Positions 1-8,561 of a stretch of 64,000 nucleotides of DNA are shown here, one piece after another; positions within the stretch are counted from its first letter, which is position 1; each line of letters starts with the position of its first letter. The notes beneath the pieces are model-generated. The model made no database searches, had not been told where the DNA came from, and worked only from the letters and a program-made list of their open reading frames with translations. The stretch is from Calditrichia bacterium. GTDB taxonomy: Bacteria > Calditrichota > Calditrichia > RBG-13-44-9 > J075. The DNA lies in NCBI GenBank assembly GCA_050633245.1, contig JBOEGD010000024.1:266846-330845 (forward strand), in the 5' to 3' direction. The translations under genes were made by a program, and so were the position numbers.

Positions 1-197
1 CGCGACTTCGTTGGATGAACCACGTCTCTCGCGAGGCAGAGAAATACAATTTTAGCTGGGCCTACTGGGAATTCTGTGCAGGCTTTGGCTTATTCGATGC
101 GACTGCCAATAAGTGGCGAAAAAAGCTATTGAACTCGATAATCCCACGGGCTAAGCAGCCATTTTCACTGGCACGTTTATTGAAGAATAGGGATTGA
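1..197 (+). CDS. C-terminal fragment of a glycoside hydrolase (GH5 cellulase-like); 5' end lies outside the window
   Basis: The frame is open from the window edge to TGA 195-197. The tail ...EKYNFSWAYWEFCAGFGLFD... resembles the conserved C-terminal strand region of GH5-type (beta/alpha)8 glycosidases. Only about 65 aa are visible, so the family call is tentative. Confidence 0.4.
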   Translation, partial: RLRWMNHVSREAEKYNFSWAYWEFCAGFGLFDATANKWRKKLLNSIIPRAKQPFSLARLLKNRD

Positions 198-320
198 CCT
201 CTTCATTTGTAAAAATGCAAAAAAAATACTATCTTTTGCTCCCGGACAACCTGTTGAACAGCCTTACAACTTATTTTGTTCGGATACTAACGGGATCATC
301 ATTCAGCGGAATCGCCTCTC

Positions 321-1700
321 TTGAACCACTCAATTCGAATTGTTTTATGCAGCATGCTCCTTGTCTGCGCGCTTTTTGCTCAACCGGCAACCGATTTTAC
401 GTCGGCAGACTCTGTTCTAATCGATAGTTCGATGGCAGCGTGTGATGATGTGAACGAAATTCGTGGTGTAGAGCAGGAAGCGACAGCCCGTGGAGACAAT
501 GCGCGTCGAGCACTTCATAAGGCTCTTTGGCCACCCCGTTTTGCGGTAGATGTGCTACTTCGAACTGCCGCAGTGAGTGCGGTTTTCCTTGACGAAACGC
601 GGATTATTAAGAAGTTCTCTGAAGTCTTTTACCTGGGGAATACCGGCATTGGTTGGTTTCCGGTCATTGATTTTGTTAGTGGATTTGAGCCGGCCCTCGG
701 TGCGAGTCTTTTCTATCGAAAAACATATTTTAAGTCTCGTTTTAAAGGGGCATTTGCCAATCCGGATATTTGGCGTTTTCGAGTAAATACGTCCCATACC
801 TTTTTTGCATATAATAAATATTGGCAGTTTAATGCCTCTGCCAGTGCTGAAAAAAGCGATAATTTGCGTTTCTATGGTGTTGGAAGTAACCCGCTGGACG
901 ATTCGCGAAACGACTTTCTACAGGGAACGGAGAAGGAGTTTGGGAGATTTCAACAAATTCGCTCGTTAGTAGAATTAGGCATCGGAATCCGCCCCTCTGC
1001 GAACTGGGAGCTGTTTCTTAACAGTTCCTTTTTGCATCGTGAGATCAACGATCCTACTTCGGGCGATGATTTGTTCGGCACTGTTTTCGATATCTCTAAA
1101 ATTGCCGGCTTTGATGCTTCGAATCGCAAATGGTACAACGAATTAGTTGTCAGGCTGGATACCCGACCAAATCTGCGTCGTGTTTTGCCCGGCGTGCGTA
1201 AGGAAGCCTATTTGGGATACTCACTGGGGCTTGATGATGATCCGGGACGAATTATTCGAACGGGTTTTGATGTATCGGCCTTTCTACCTGTTTACGCGAA
1301 AACGCGTTTTTTAATACCCCGTGTTGTTCTTGACGCGACCATACCGACAAATGATAGTCTGGACTTCGTAGATTATGCTCGCCAGCCGGCCTTTCGGGGA
1401 AAAAGCAGGAGTGATTTACTGAGAAACGATCGTCATTCAATGCTGGCCTCGCTGGAATATAATTGGCCGTTGACGCATCATATTAATGCCGCGTTGTTTT
1501 TTGAAGAGCTATTCGTAGCCCGCGAGCTGGTCGATCTCTTCTCAGAACGTGGCCCGTGGGTGGCAGGGTTTCAATTCGATATGCACAATCCGTATAGTGA
1601 ACTTGCGCGAATTTATGCCGGCTATGGCTCAGAGGGAATTATTTTTAAGCTCAAAATTGGATTCTCATCTCGTTACACCGATCGCTCGGAGTGGAAATGA
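321..1700 (+). CDS. Outer-membrane beta-barrel protein, Omp85/surface-antigen(D15)-like; no POTRA region evident
   Basis: 459-aa ORF with a signal peptide (MNHSIRIVLCSMLLVCALFAQ). The sequence shows an alternating beta-strand pattern, is aromatic-rich and contains the RFYGVGSNP motif seen in BamA/TamA-type barrels. Its stop overlaps the next ORF start, which suggests an operon. Confidence 0.45.
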   Translation: MNHSIRIVLCSMLLVCALFAQPATDFTSADSVLIDSSMAACDDVNEIRGVEQEATARGDNARRALHKALWPPRFAVDVLLRTAAVSAVFLDETRIIKKFSEVFYLGNTGIGWFPVIDFVSGFEPALGASLFYRKTYFKSRFKGAFANPDIWRFRVNTSHTFFAYNKYWQFNASASAEKSDNLRFYGVGSNPLDDSRNDFLQGTEKEFGRFQQIRSLVELGIGIRPSANWELFLNSSFLHREINDPTSGDDLFGTVFDISKIAGFDASNRKWYNELVVRLDTRPNLRRVLPGVRKEAYLGYSLGLDDDPGRIIRTGFDVSAFLPVYAKTRFLIPRVVLDATIPTNDSLDFVDYARQPAFRGKSRSDLLRNDRHSMLASLEYNWPLTHHINAALFFEELFVARELVDLFSERGPWVAGFQFDMHNPYSELARIYAGYGSEGIIFKLKIGFSSRYTDRSEWK

Positions 1701-3328
1701 TAAATCACATGCGATCTTACTCCGTGATGCTCCGATATAGTATGTTGCTTTTTGCAGCCTTCTTGCTCTGCAACTGCGCAGGAAACTCCTGGCAATTTAA
1801 AGATACAGCTCCGGTTTGGCGCATAGATGATCAGAAACCAATTCCTCTTCCGGGCTCAACTCGCTATATCCGTATGGATTACTACTTTGAAGTTCTTATT
1901 CGACGACCGGCAGGAACAAACTTCTCCACGGCTCCAATAGAGCAAGCACAAGATGTGAATAGTTATGACCACATTCCACAATCGAGTTGGTATACGCCTC
2001 GTCTTGGCTATCGCACTGTATCTCCTGAAGAATTGAGCCAGGGGCCTGAGCTGATTGGCCCTCCGCAATTACCGGTGCGGGTGGTTCGCGCGAAACACCT
2101 CGGAAGCAATCCGGGATTTATTATTGCAGACAACCGAGACAGGCTCTACCTGGTAAAATTTGATCCTCCGGACTTTCCAGGTATAGAGACAACAACGGCA
2201 CAAATTGTGAACCGGCTTTTTTGGGGATTTGGCTATAATGTTCCTGAAGACTATCTCTTCAAATTTACCAGCGCAGATATGTCCGTCGACTCCACGGCTC
2301 ATATCAGTCAGGAAGACGTTTTGCTGGTCTTCAACACTGTGGCGCCTCCGGTAAATGGTATTTATCGTGCGACAGCCAGCTTGCTAATTGACGGTGTTTA
2401 TCTCGGCCCAATTGCAGATAGTGGCGTTAGAAAAGATGATCCCAACGACCGTATTCCGCATGAGAACCGGCGTATTTTGCGCGGCCTTCGTGTGTTTGGA
2501 GCGTTTACTAATCAAACTGACATTAGAATAGACAATTCACTGGATGTGTATGAAGGTTTGGTCGGTGAGGGGTTTGTAAAGCATTACCTGCTAGACTTTG
2601 GTGAGGCCTTCGGAGGACATGGTGCCGGCCATGAGCGACTATGGGATGGTTACGAACATATCTTCAGCTTTAAACAGATGATTGAAAATCTTGCTACGCT
2701 GGGGCTGAAAAAAGAGCCATGGGAGAGTTTAGAGTTCACGCCATGGACATCCGTCGGCGCTTTCGAAGCGGAGGTGTTTGATCCGGGCAAGTGGAAGGAA
2801 ACCTATCCATTTAAGCCAATCCAGAATGCTCTGGCAGATGATAATTATTGGGCTGCAAAAATCGTCGCTTCGCTTACCCCGGCACATTTTCAGATGCTGG
2901 TGGACTCGGCAGATTACCCGGAAGAAGGTGCAGCCGACTATATTGTTGATACATTGAACAAACGTCAAAAAAAGGTCGTGGAATACTTTTACAATCAGGT
3001 CTCTCCGCTAGAGTTCTATTCAAGAGATGCCGATGTCCTTACCTTGGAAGATCGCGGAATTGCCGACATCCCGGGAGTGAACTCAGGAAGCTATCAAATT
3101 CGATTTTTTGATAAAGAAAATAATGAAGTCCTTGAATCTATTGAGGTTGTGAATCGCGAAAAATTTGTCGATATTACGTTGCCACTAACGAATGTCGTCA
3201 TATCAGATGGCTACCTGCGCCTGGATGTACGCGTGATCCGTAATGGTTCTCTTGCCCCGCGCCCGGCTCAGATTCATCTGCGCGCTCAAGCAGATGGTGA
3301 TTATCGTGTCGTTGGTGTTGTGCACTAA
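1691..3328 (+). CDS. Exported protein (possible lipoprotein) with a protein-kinase-like motif set; function unknown
   Basis: 545-aa ORF starting at GTG 1691 (or ATG 1697) and overlapping the upstream stop. The hydrophobic N-terminus ends in LLCNCAG. Ordered motifs are GSNPGF, LYLVKF, TDIRIDN and LLDFGEAFG (DFG codons at 2594-2602). Confidence 0.6.
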   Translation: MEMINHMRSYSVMLRYSMLLFAAFLLCNCAGNSWQFKDTAPVWRIDDQKPIPLPGSTRYIRMDYYFEVLIRRPAGTNFSTAPIEQAQDVNSYDHIPQSSWYTPRLGYRTVSPEELSQGPELIGPPQLPVRVVRAKHLGSNPGFIIADNRDRLYLVKFDPPDFPGIETTTAQIVNRLFWGFGYNVPEDYLFKFTSADMSVDSTAHISQEDVLLVFNTVAPPVNGIYRATASLLIDGVYLGPIADSGVRKDDPNDRIPHENRRILRGLRVFGAFTNQTDIRIDNSLDVYEGLVGEGFVKHYLLDFGEAFGGHGAGHERLWDGYEHIFSFKQMIENLATLGLKKEPWESLEFTPWTSVGAFEAEVFDPGKWKETYPFKPIQNALADDNYWAAKIVASLTPAHFQMLVDSADYPEEGAADYIVDTLNKRQKKVVEYFYNQVSPLEFYSRDADVLTLEDRGIADIPGVNSGSYQIRFFDKENNEVLESIEVVNREKFVDITLPLTNVVISDGYLRLDVRVIRNGSLAPRPAQIHLRAQADGDYRVVGVVH

Positions 3329-3361
3329 CCAATTGCCAATAAGATTCACTAAGGACGTTAC

Positions 3362-5548
3362 ATGAAGTACTCATTTTCCACTCGTTTTCTTATTATTTGC
3401 CTCACGCTTTTTTTTCTTAACTTTTCCGGTTTCTCTCAAAAAAGACCAACCGTTGGTATTGCCCTTAGTGGCGGTAGTGCGAAAGGTATTGCGCATATTG
3501 GTGTGTTGAAAGTTCTGGAAGAGATTAATATGCCTATCGATTATGTTACCGGAACAAGCATGGGGAGTATTGTTGGTGGCCTGTATGCGGTTGGATATAC
3601 CGCAGCAGAGCTCGAGTCTTTGGTAACGGCAATTGATTGGGCTGCAATGTTTGCCGAAGAAACGTCTCGAAATGTGCTTACCCTCGAACAAAAAAAACGC
3701 GATGCGCGATACGTATTCAATCTTGCTCTGGAAAACTGGGGAATTGCTATCCCCACAGGTATTGTCGCCGGGCATAAAATAACGCAGCTGTTTACACGGC
3801 TAACCTTGCCAGTGCAGCATATTCCCTCCTTTACAGACTACCCGATTCCCTTTGCCTGTGTTGCTACTGATATTGCAACTGGCGAGGCAGTGGTTATAAA
3901 AGATGGTTCGCTTGCAGAAGCTATGCGTGCGAGTATGTCAATTCCATCAGCCTTTACACCGGTTGAACGGGATGGAAGACTGTTGGTCGACGGACTACTG
4001 GTGCGTAATTTTCCGGTTCAGGATGCTCGTTCATTAGGAGCCGATATCGTTATCGGGGTTGATGTTGGGGCAGAGTTGTATGAAGTGGAAGAACTGACAA
4101 ATATCTTCACGCTGCTGGATCAGGTTCTGAATCTACAGATGATCGGCTCCACAGAGCTGGAGCGTGATATGACGGACTTTCTGTTGATTCCGGAACTCGG
4201 TGATCTCGGATTCGCCGATTTTACAAAAACAGCCGAGTTTGTGGCAAAGGGCGAAGAAATTGCCCGTTCTATGCTTCCGGAGTTAAAGGCCCTTGCCGAT
4301 TCATTAAATGCCCTGGATCCCTGGGTTCGCAATCCACGGCCGGCTACGCCGGAACAATTTTATGTAACCGAGATTGAGTTTGAGGGCCTGGAGACAGTTT
4401 CGGAAAAATTGATGATTGCTCAGTTTCCACATGTTGTTCCATGCTGGCTTACTGTGTCACAGATCGAACAGTTCGTCGATCAGGTCTATCGCAACCAGGT
4501 GTTCGAACGCGTCAATTATCGGCTGGAAAATGCCGATGGCGGCAAGGGTGCCAAACTGATAGTTCATGCGCTCGAACGCAGCCAAAGTTTGCTACAGCTT
4601 GCCGCACGCTATACCAGTCGTGATGATGCTGCGGTATTGGTAAATACCACGTTTTTCAATCTGTTTAAGGATGCCTCAACGCTGAGTCTTGACGGCCGTC
4701 TTGGCTCGAACCTTCAGTTTGACGCGCAGTATTTTATGAAGTTCGGATTGGTTCCTGCAATGGGGCTAAATGCCCGTATGAACTACACGCAAGACTATCT
4801 GGATATTTTCGAGGAAGACAATCGGCTCGCTCGTTTTGATTTGACATATACCTTTTTTGATCTATTCATGGGAAGCAATTTTTCTTCCAATTTTTTAGTT
4901 GGAGGTGGTGTCCGCGCGGAATATGTAGAATCGGATCGAAATATCGGCCCAACGTCACTTTCTGATCGCATAGACCGTGGAATTATCCCATATCTAACGC
5001 TGGGTACCGATACCTGGAATAGCAGTGTTTTTCCAACCAGTGGTATCTATGCCCAGGTTCTAAGTGAGTTTACAAATGAAGCGATAAACACTATTGGCAC
5101 TTTTTCTCGTCATTCTTTCGATGTGCAGGCCGCTATCCCGCTTTCTTCTCAGTTTACAGTGCTTCCAGCCATGTATTTGGGAACCGCCTTCGGGGATACG
5201 CTTCCACCACACTACCGATTTACACTGGGTGGCGCGAGTTCACGCATGACGCGGTTAGGACGTGAGCTAAATTTTATGGGTGTAAAGGCGCAAAAGCTTA
5301 CCGGAGAGCATGTCCAGATGCTTCAGCTGGGACTTCAATACGAATTTATGAGTCGCCGTTTTGCACAGCTGGTCGTCAATATTGGAACAACCCAGGAAGA
5401 GTGGCGCATCAATAGCGATCTCGATCTGTATTCCAAAGGCGTTGGATTCATTCTCGGTATCGATACCCCACTCGGTCCGGCAGAATTTACTATGCACGGG
5501 ACGAATGAAGATTTTTTTACGTATTTGAACATTGGGTATAAGTTTTAA
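3362..5548 (+). CDS. Patatin-like phospholipase fused to an Omp85-type beta-barrel (PlpD / type Vd autotransporter-like)
   Basis: 728 aa with a signal peptide. Patatin motifs are GGSAKG (oxyanion), GTSMG (GxSxG nucleophile) and VDGLL (dyad Asp). The C-terminal ~350 aa are beta-strand-rich and end in ...NIGYKF, with the terminal Phe typical of outer-membrane barrels. Confidence 0.8.
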   Translation: MKYSFSTRFLIICLTLFFLNFSGFSQKRPTVGIALSGGSAKGIAHIGVLKVLEEINMPIDYVTGTSMGSIVGGLYAVGYTAAELESLVTAIDWAAMFAEETSRNVLTLEQKKRDARYVFNLALENWGIAIPTGIVAGHKITQLFTRLTLPVQHIPSFTDYPIPFACVATDIATGEAVVIKDGSLAEAMRASMSIPSAFTPVERDGRLLVDGLLVRNFPVQDARSLGADIVIGVDVGAELYEVEELTNIFTLLDQVLNLQMIGSTELERDMTDFLLIPELGDLGFADFTKTAEFVAKGEEIARSMLPELKALADSLNALDPWVRNPRPATPEQFYVTEIEFEGLETVSEKLMIAQFPHVVPCWLTVSQIEQFVDQVYRNQVFERVNYRLENADGGKGAKLIVHALERSQSLLQLAARYTSRDDAAVLVNTTFFNLFKDASTLSLDGRLGSNLQFDAQYFMKFGLVPAMGLNARMNYTQDYLDIFEEDNRLARFDLTYTFFDLFMGSNFSSNFLVGGGVRAEYVESDRNIGPTSLSDRIDRGIIPYLTLGTDTWNSSVFPTSGIYAQVLSEFTNEAINTIGTFSRHSFDVQAAIPLSSQFTVLPAMYLGTAFGDTLPPHYRFTLGGASSRMTRLGRELNFMGVKAQKLTGEHVQMLQLGLQYEFMSRRFAQLVVNIGTTQEEWRINSDLDLYSKGVGFILGIDTPLGPAEFTMHGTNEDFFTYLNIGYKF

Positions 5549-5560
5549 GTATATTTCATC

Positions 5561-7627
5561 ATGAGATCTATTGCTAAATATGCTTTGATTTTTCTTTGCC
5601 TCGCTTTAAGCACACTGCTGCTTGCTAAAGAAGCCGTCGACCGTAATGTACCTCCGCAGCCGCTGGATATTGGCTGGGAATATCACCTCGGTGATTTTGG
5701 CGGTGAGAAAAGCATGCTGGACGGCTGGTATTCGAATTGGGAAACCGATTGGGAAACCGCTGCTTGTCTACGCTTTTCGGGACAGGGATACGGAGGTAAC
5801 TATATTTGGTATCGCCTTACTCTGCCGGAAACTATATACGAAGATGCTTCGCTTTTTTTACCCCCTGTTTTAAGGGCCTTTGAACTTTATCTTGATCAGG
5901 AGCAGATTTACTCTTTTGGTGAATTTACTCAATCTCATAAGAGTAAGTATGCCGGTATCGTGCGGCACACGGTTCCATTGCCACCTGACTATGCGGGAAA
6001 AGAGCTCGCCATCAGAGTATATTCTGCCGAACCGTATGCTATGGGAGTTATCGATGCTGGTGAAGCTGCTTGGATCGGCGGTAAAAGTGAATTGATTTTA
6101 ACCGTTTTTCGCCAAAACCTAGACAGCGTAATTCTGGGTGCCTTCTTTTTCTTTATTGGCGTATTCACTGTATTTATTTATCTGCTTCGTTCTTCGCCTC
6201 GGCCAAAATTTTTGGCCTGGTTTGCTCTGCTATCGGGTTGCTTGGGTTTATATTATGTCTTGATCGATCCCATAGGTGAACTCTTAATACCTTCCGTAAA
6301 ACTGCGCTACTTTCTTGGTCTCAGCCCATTCTTCCTTTTTCCAATAGGTCTGTTTGGCTTTATGGATCACATGATTGGCCCGAATGTTACCTTATACCGA
6401 TTGAGGAATCTGCATATTGTTGTTGGCCTCGGTATCATAATGCTGGATCTCATGAACATACTCTATATGGGAGATGCTATCTTTCCATATATGATGTTAG
6501 CAACCTTTTCCATCACCATTGGCGGTGTTGCAGCCGTTCGGGCCAGCCGCAATGGCCGCTTCGATGCACGCATTATTGCAGCTGGATTTATCATCGCCGG
6601 ACTCGGCGGACTGTTTGATATTTTTGTGGGCCTGGGAATTTTTGCCTCACTTCAATGGGTCTCGCACTATACTTTTTTTCTCTTTATTCTGCTGTTGGGA
6701 TACATCATTGAGCGTCGCTTTCGCCGCAATGCCACAGCGTTGCAGGAAAAAAGACAGCAGTTGGAAGAAAGTAATCGCACGCTCGAAACCCGCGTAGACA
6801 ACCGCACTGCAGAGTTGAACCAGAAGAATCTGGATCTTCAAGATACTCTCGATGAGTTGAAACATGCCCAGAATCAACTGGTTATGAAAGACAAAATGGC
6901 GTCTTTGGGAAATCTGGTGGCCGGTGTTGCTCATGAAGTGAATAACCCTGTTGGCGCAGTGAATTCTGCTGCAGACGTTACCAAACGTTGCGTTATCAAA
7001 ATTAATTCTCTTATCGATACTAATGGACATGTCGCGCTGAAGGAAGATAAAACCTTTATGAAGACCATTGGCCTGCTCGAACAAAATAATGGAGTTATTC
7101 TAACTGCAGGACAACGCATCACAGAAATTGTGCGCAGTTTGAAAAATTTTGCCCGCCTGGATGAGGCGGAGTTCCAGCCCGCTGATATTCATGCCGGCAT
7201 TGATAGCACCTTAACCTTGCTACAGCATGAGCTAAAGAATAAGGTGGAGATCATCCGCGACTTTGCCGAGATTCCACAAATTACCTGTTATCCAAATCAG
7301 CTGAATCAGGTTTTCATGAATCTGTTTATCAATGCTGCACAGGCAATTGAGGACAAGGGAAAGCTTTATATCACGACATCTCTGCAGGAAAAACACGTTA
7401 GTATTACTGTTCGTGACGATGGTAAAGGAATCGATTCTGAGCAGATAAAACAGGTGTTTGATCCGGGATTTACCACAAAAGGCGTTGGAGTTGGAACGGG
7501 ACTGGGTCTTTCAATCTCTTACAATATTATCCAGAAGCACAATGGAGAAATAACCGTTAGCAGTCTACCCGGTATGGGGACGACGTTTACAATTCGCCTG
7601 CCTTTGGAGCAAGCTAATGCTAAATGA
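5561..7627 (+). CDS. Sensor histidine kinase with an extracytoplasmic domain plus a 7-TM module (7TMR-DISM-like)
   Basis: 688 aa with a signal peptide and periplasmic domain, about 7 hydrophobic helices (residues ~190-390) and a coiled coil. It has the H-box VAHEVNNPV and ATPase boxes NLFINAAQA, DDGKGI and GTGLGLSISY. Confidence 0.85.
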   Translation: MRSIAKYALIFLCLALSTLLLAKEAVDRNVPPQPLDIGWEYHLGDFGGEKSMLDGWYSNWETDWETAACLRFSGQGYGGNYIWYRLTLPETIYEDASLFLPPVLRAFELYLDQEQIYSFGEFTQSHKSKYAGIVRHTVPLPPDYAGKELAIRVYSAEPYAMGVIDAGEAAWIGGKSELILTVFRQNLDSVILGAFFFFIGVFTVFIYLLRSSPRPKFLAWFALLSGCLGLYYVLIDPIGELLIPSVKLRYFLGLSPFFLFPIGLFGFMDHMIGPNVTLYRLRNLHIVVGLGIIMLDLMNILYMGDAIFPYMMLATFSITIGGVAAVRASRNGRFDARIIAAGFIIAGLGGLFDIFVGLGIFASLQWVSHYTFFLFILLLGYIIERRFRRNATALQEKRQQLEESNRTLETRVDNRTAELNQKNLDLQDTLDELKHAQNQLVMKDKMASLGNLVAGVAHEVNNPVGAVNSAADVTKRCVIKINSLIDTNGHVALKEDKTFMKTIGLLEQNNGVILTAGQRITEIVRSLKNFARLDEAEFQPADIHAGIDSTLTLLQHELKNKVEIIRDFAEIPQITCYPNQLNQVFMNLFINAAQAIEDKGKLYITTSLQEKHVSITVRDDGKGIDSEQIKQVFDPGFTTKGVGVGTGLGLSISYNIIQKHNGEITVSSLPGMGTTFTIRLPLEQANAK

Positions 7628-8300
7628 GTTGAAGCCTTCCGTGCCACAGTTTGACCTGATAATCTATGATTTGGATGGCACACTTTTAGATACTCGGCAG
7701 GATATTCATAATGCTGTCGTTGAAGTACAACAGAAATTGACTTTACCCGTGCAGACTTTTGAAACGACAGTCTCTTATGTCGGAAATGGTATAACAAAGC
7801 TGTTAGAGCGATCTTTGCCCGAACTTTCTGTCGAAGGTCTGCAGCAGGCGCGAAATATCTTTGACGCCTTTTATCGGAAAAATATGTGGGTCTATACGCA
7901 AGTGTATCCCGGTGTAACGCAACTTTTAGAGGATTCTGTCGAGCCGAAGATGGCTGTTCTTAGCAACAAGTCGCAGAGCTATGTAAGAGAGTTGGTCGCA
8001 CATTTTAAACTTTCCCACCACTTTACCCAGGTGCTTGGAGCGCGTTCAGACATGTTGAAGAAGCCTGATCCACAGGGTATCAATCATATTCTGAAGGAAA
8101 CAAATGCCTCGCCGCAGCGTGCAATACTTGTTGGCGATACCAAGAATGATATTCTTGCCGGTAAGGCAGCCGGAATATATACTTGTGGTGTAAGTTATGG
8201 CTTTCGTTCCCGAGGCGTTTTACAAGCATTCGACCCTGACTTTCTGGTTGACACGGTTTCTGAGCTTCGCACACTTTTCAAACTCTCCCCCTCATCTTAA
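7617..8300 (+). CDS. gph: HAD-superfamily hydrolase, phosphoglycolate phosphatase-like
   Basis: 227 aa with HAD motif I (IIYDLDGTLLDT) and motif IV (VGDTKNDILAG). The start overlaps the kinase stop by 11 nt. Confidence 0.7.
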   Translation: MLNELKPSVPQFDLIIYDLDGTLLDTRQDIHNAVVEVQQKLTLPVQTFETTVSYVGNGITKLLERSLPELSVEGLQQARNIFDAFYRKNMWVYTQVYPGVTQLLEDSVEPKMAVLSNKSQSYVRELVAHFKLSHHFTQVLGARSDMLKKPDPQGINHILKETNASPQRAILVGDTKNDILAGKAAGIYTCGVSYGFRSRGVLQAFDPDFLVDTVSELRTLFKLSPSS

Positions 8301-8561
8301 TCTCCTATCCCGGTCGGTATGGCCCTGAATTCAGCTGGATGATTACGATTACGGATTAGTAAATCGCAATTTCCATCACAATTGCGTGATTTATCTAAAG
8401 TTTACTTTACTAAAACCGTTTATTAACGCACTGCGAATTCTCTTGCCTGTAAAAGGCACATCCTGTAGAAGCTTAACGGCTATATCCCCATCGATAAATA
8501 GTGTGGTACTTTCTAAACATATCGCGGGGAGTCTAAAGCAAAATTAACCGGGAGATCTGCT

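Noticed and set aside
3371-3775. Numerous 60-150-aa ORFs nested antisense or out of frame within long CDSs (e.g. 3371-3775 -, 6647-7084 -, 22467-22940 -, 44912-45523 -)
   Set aside because: Each is fully embedded in a longer ORF with clear family motifs on the other strand or frame. They lack an RBS and recognisable motifs, as expected for spurious frames.
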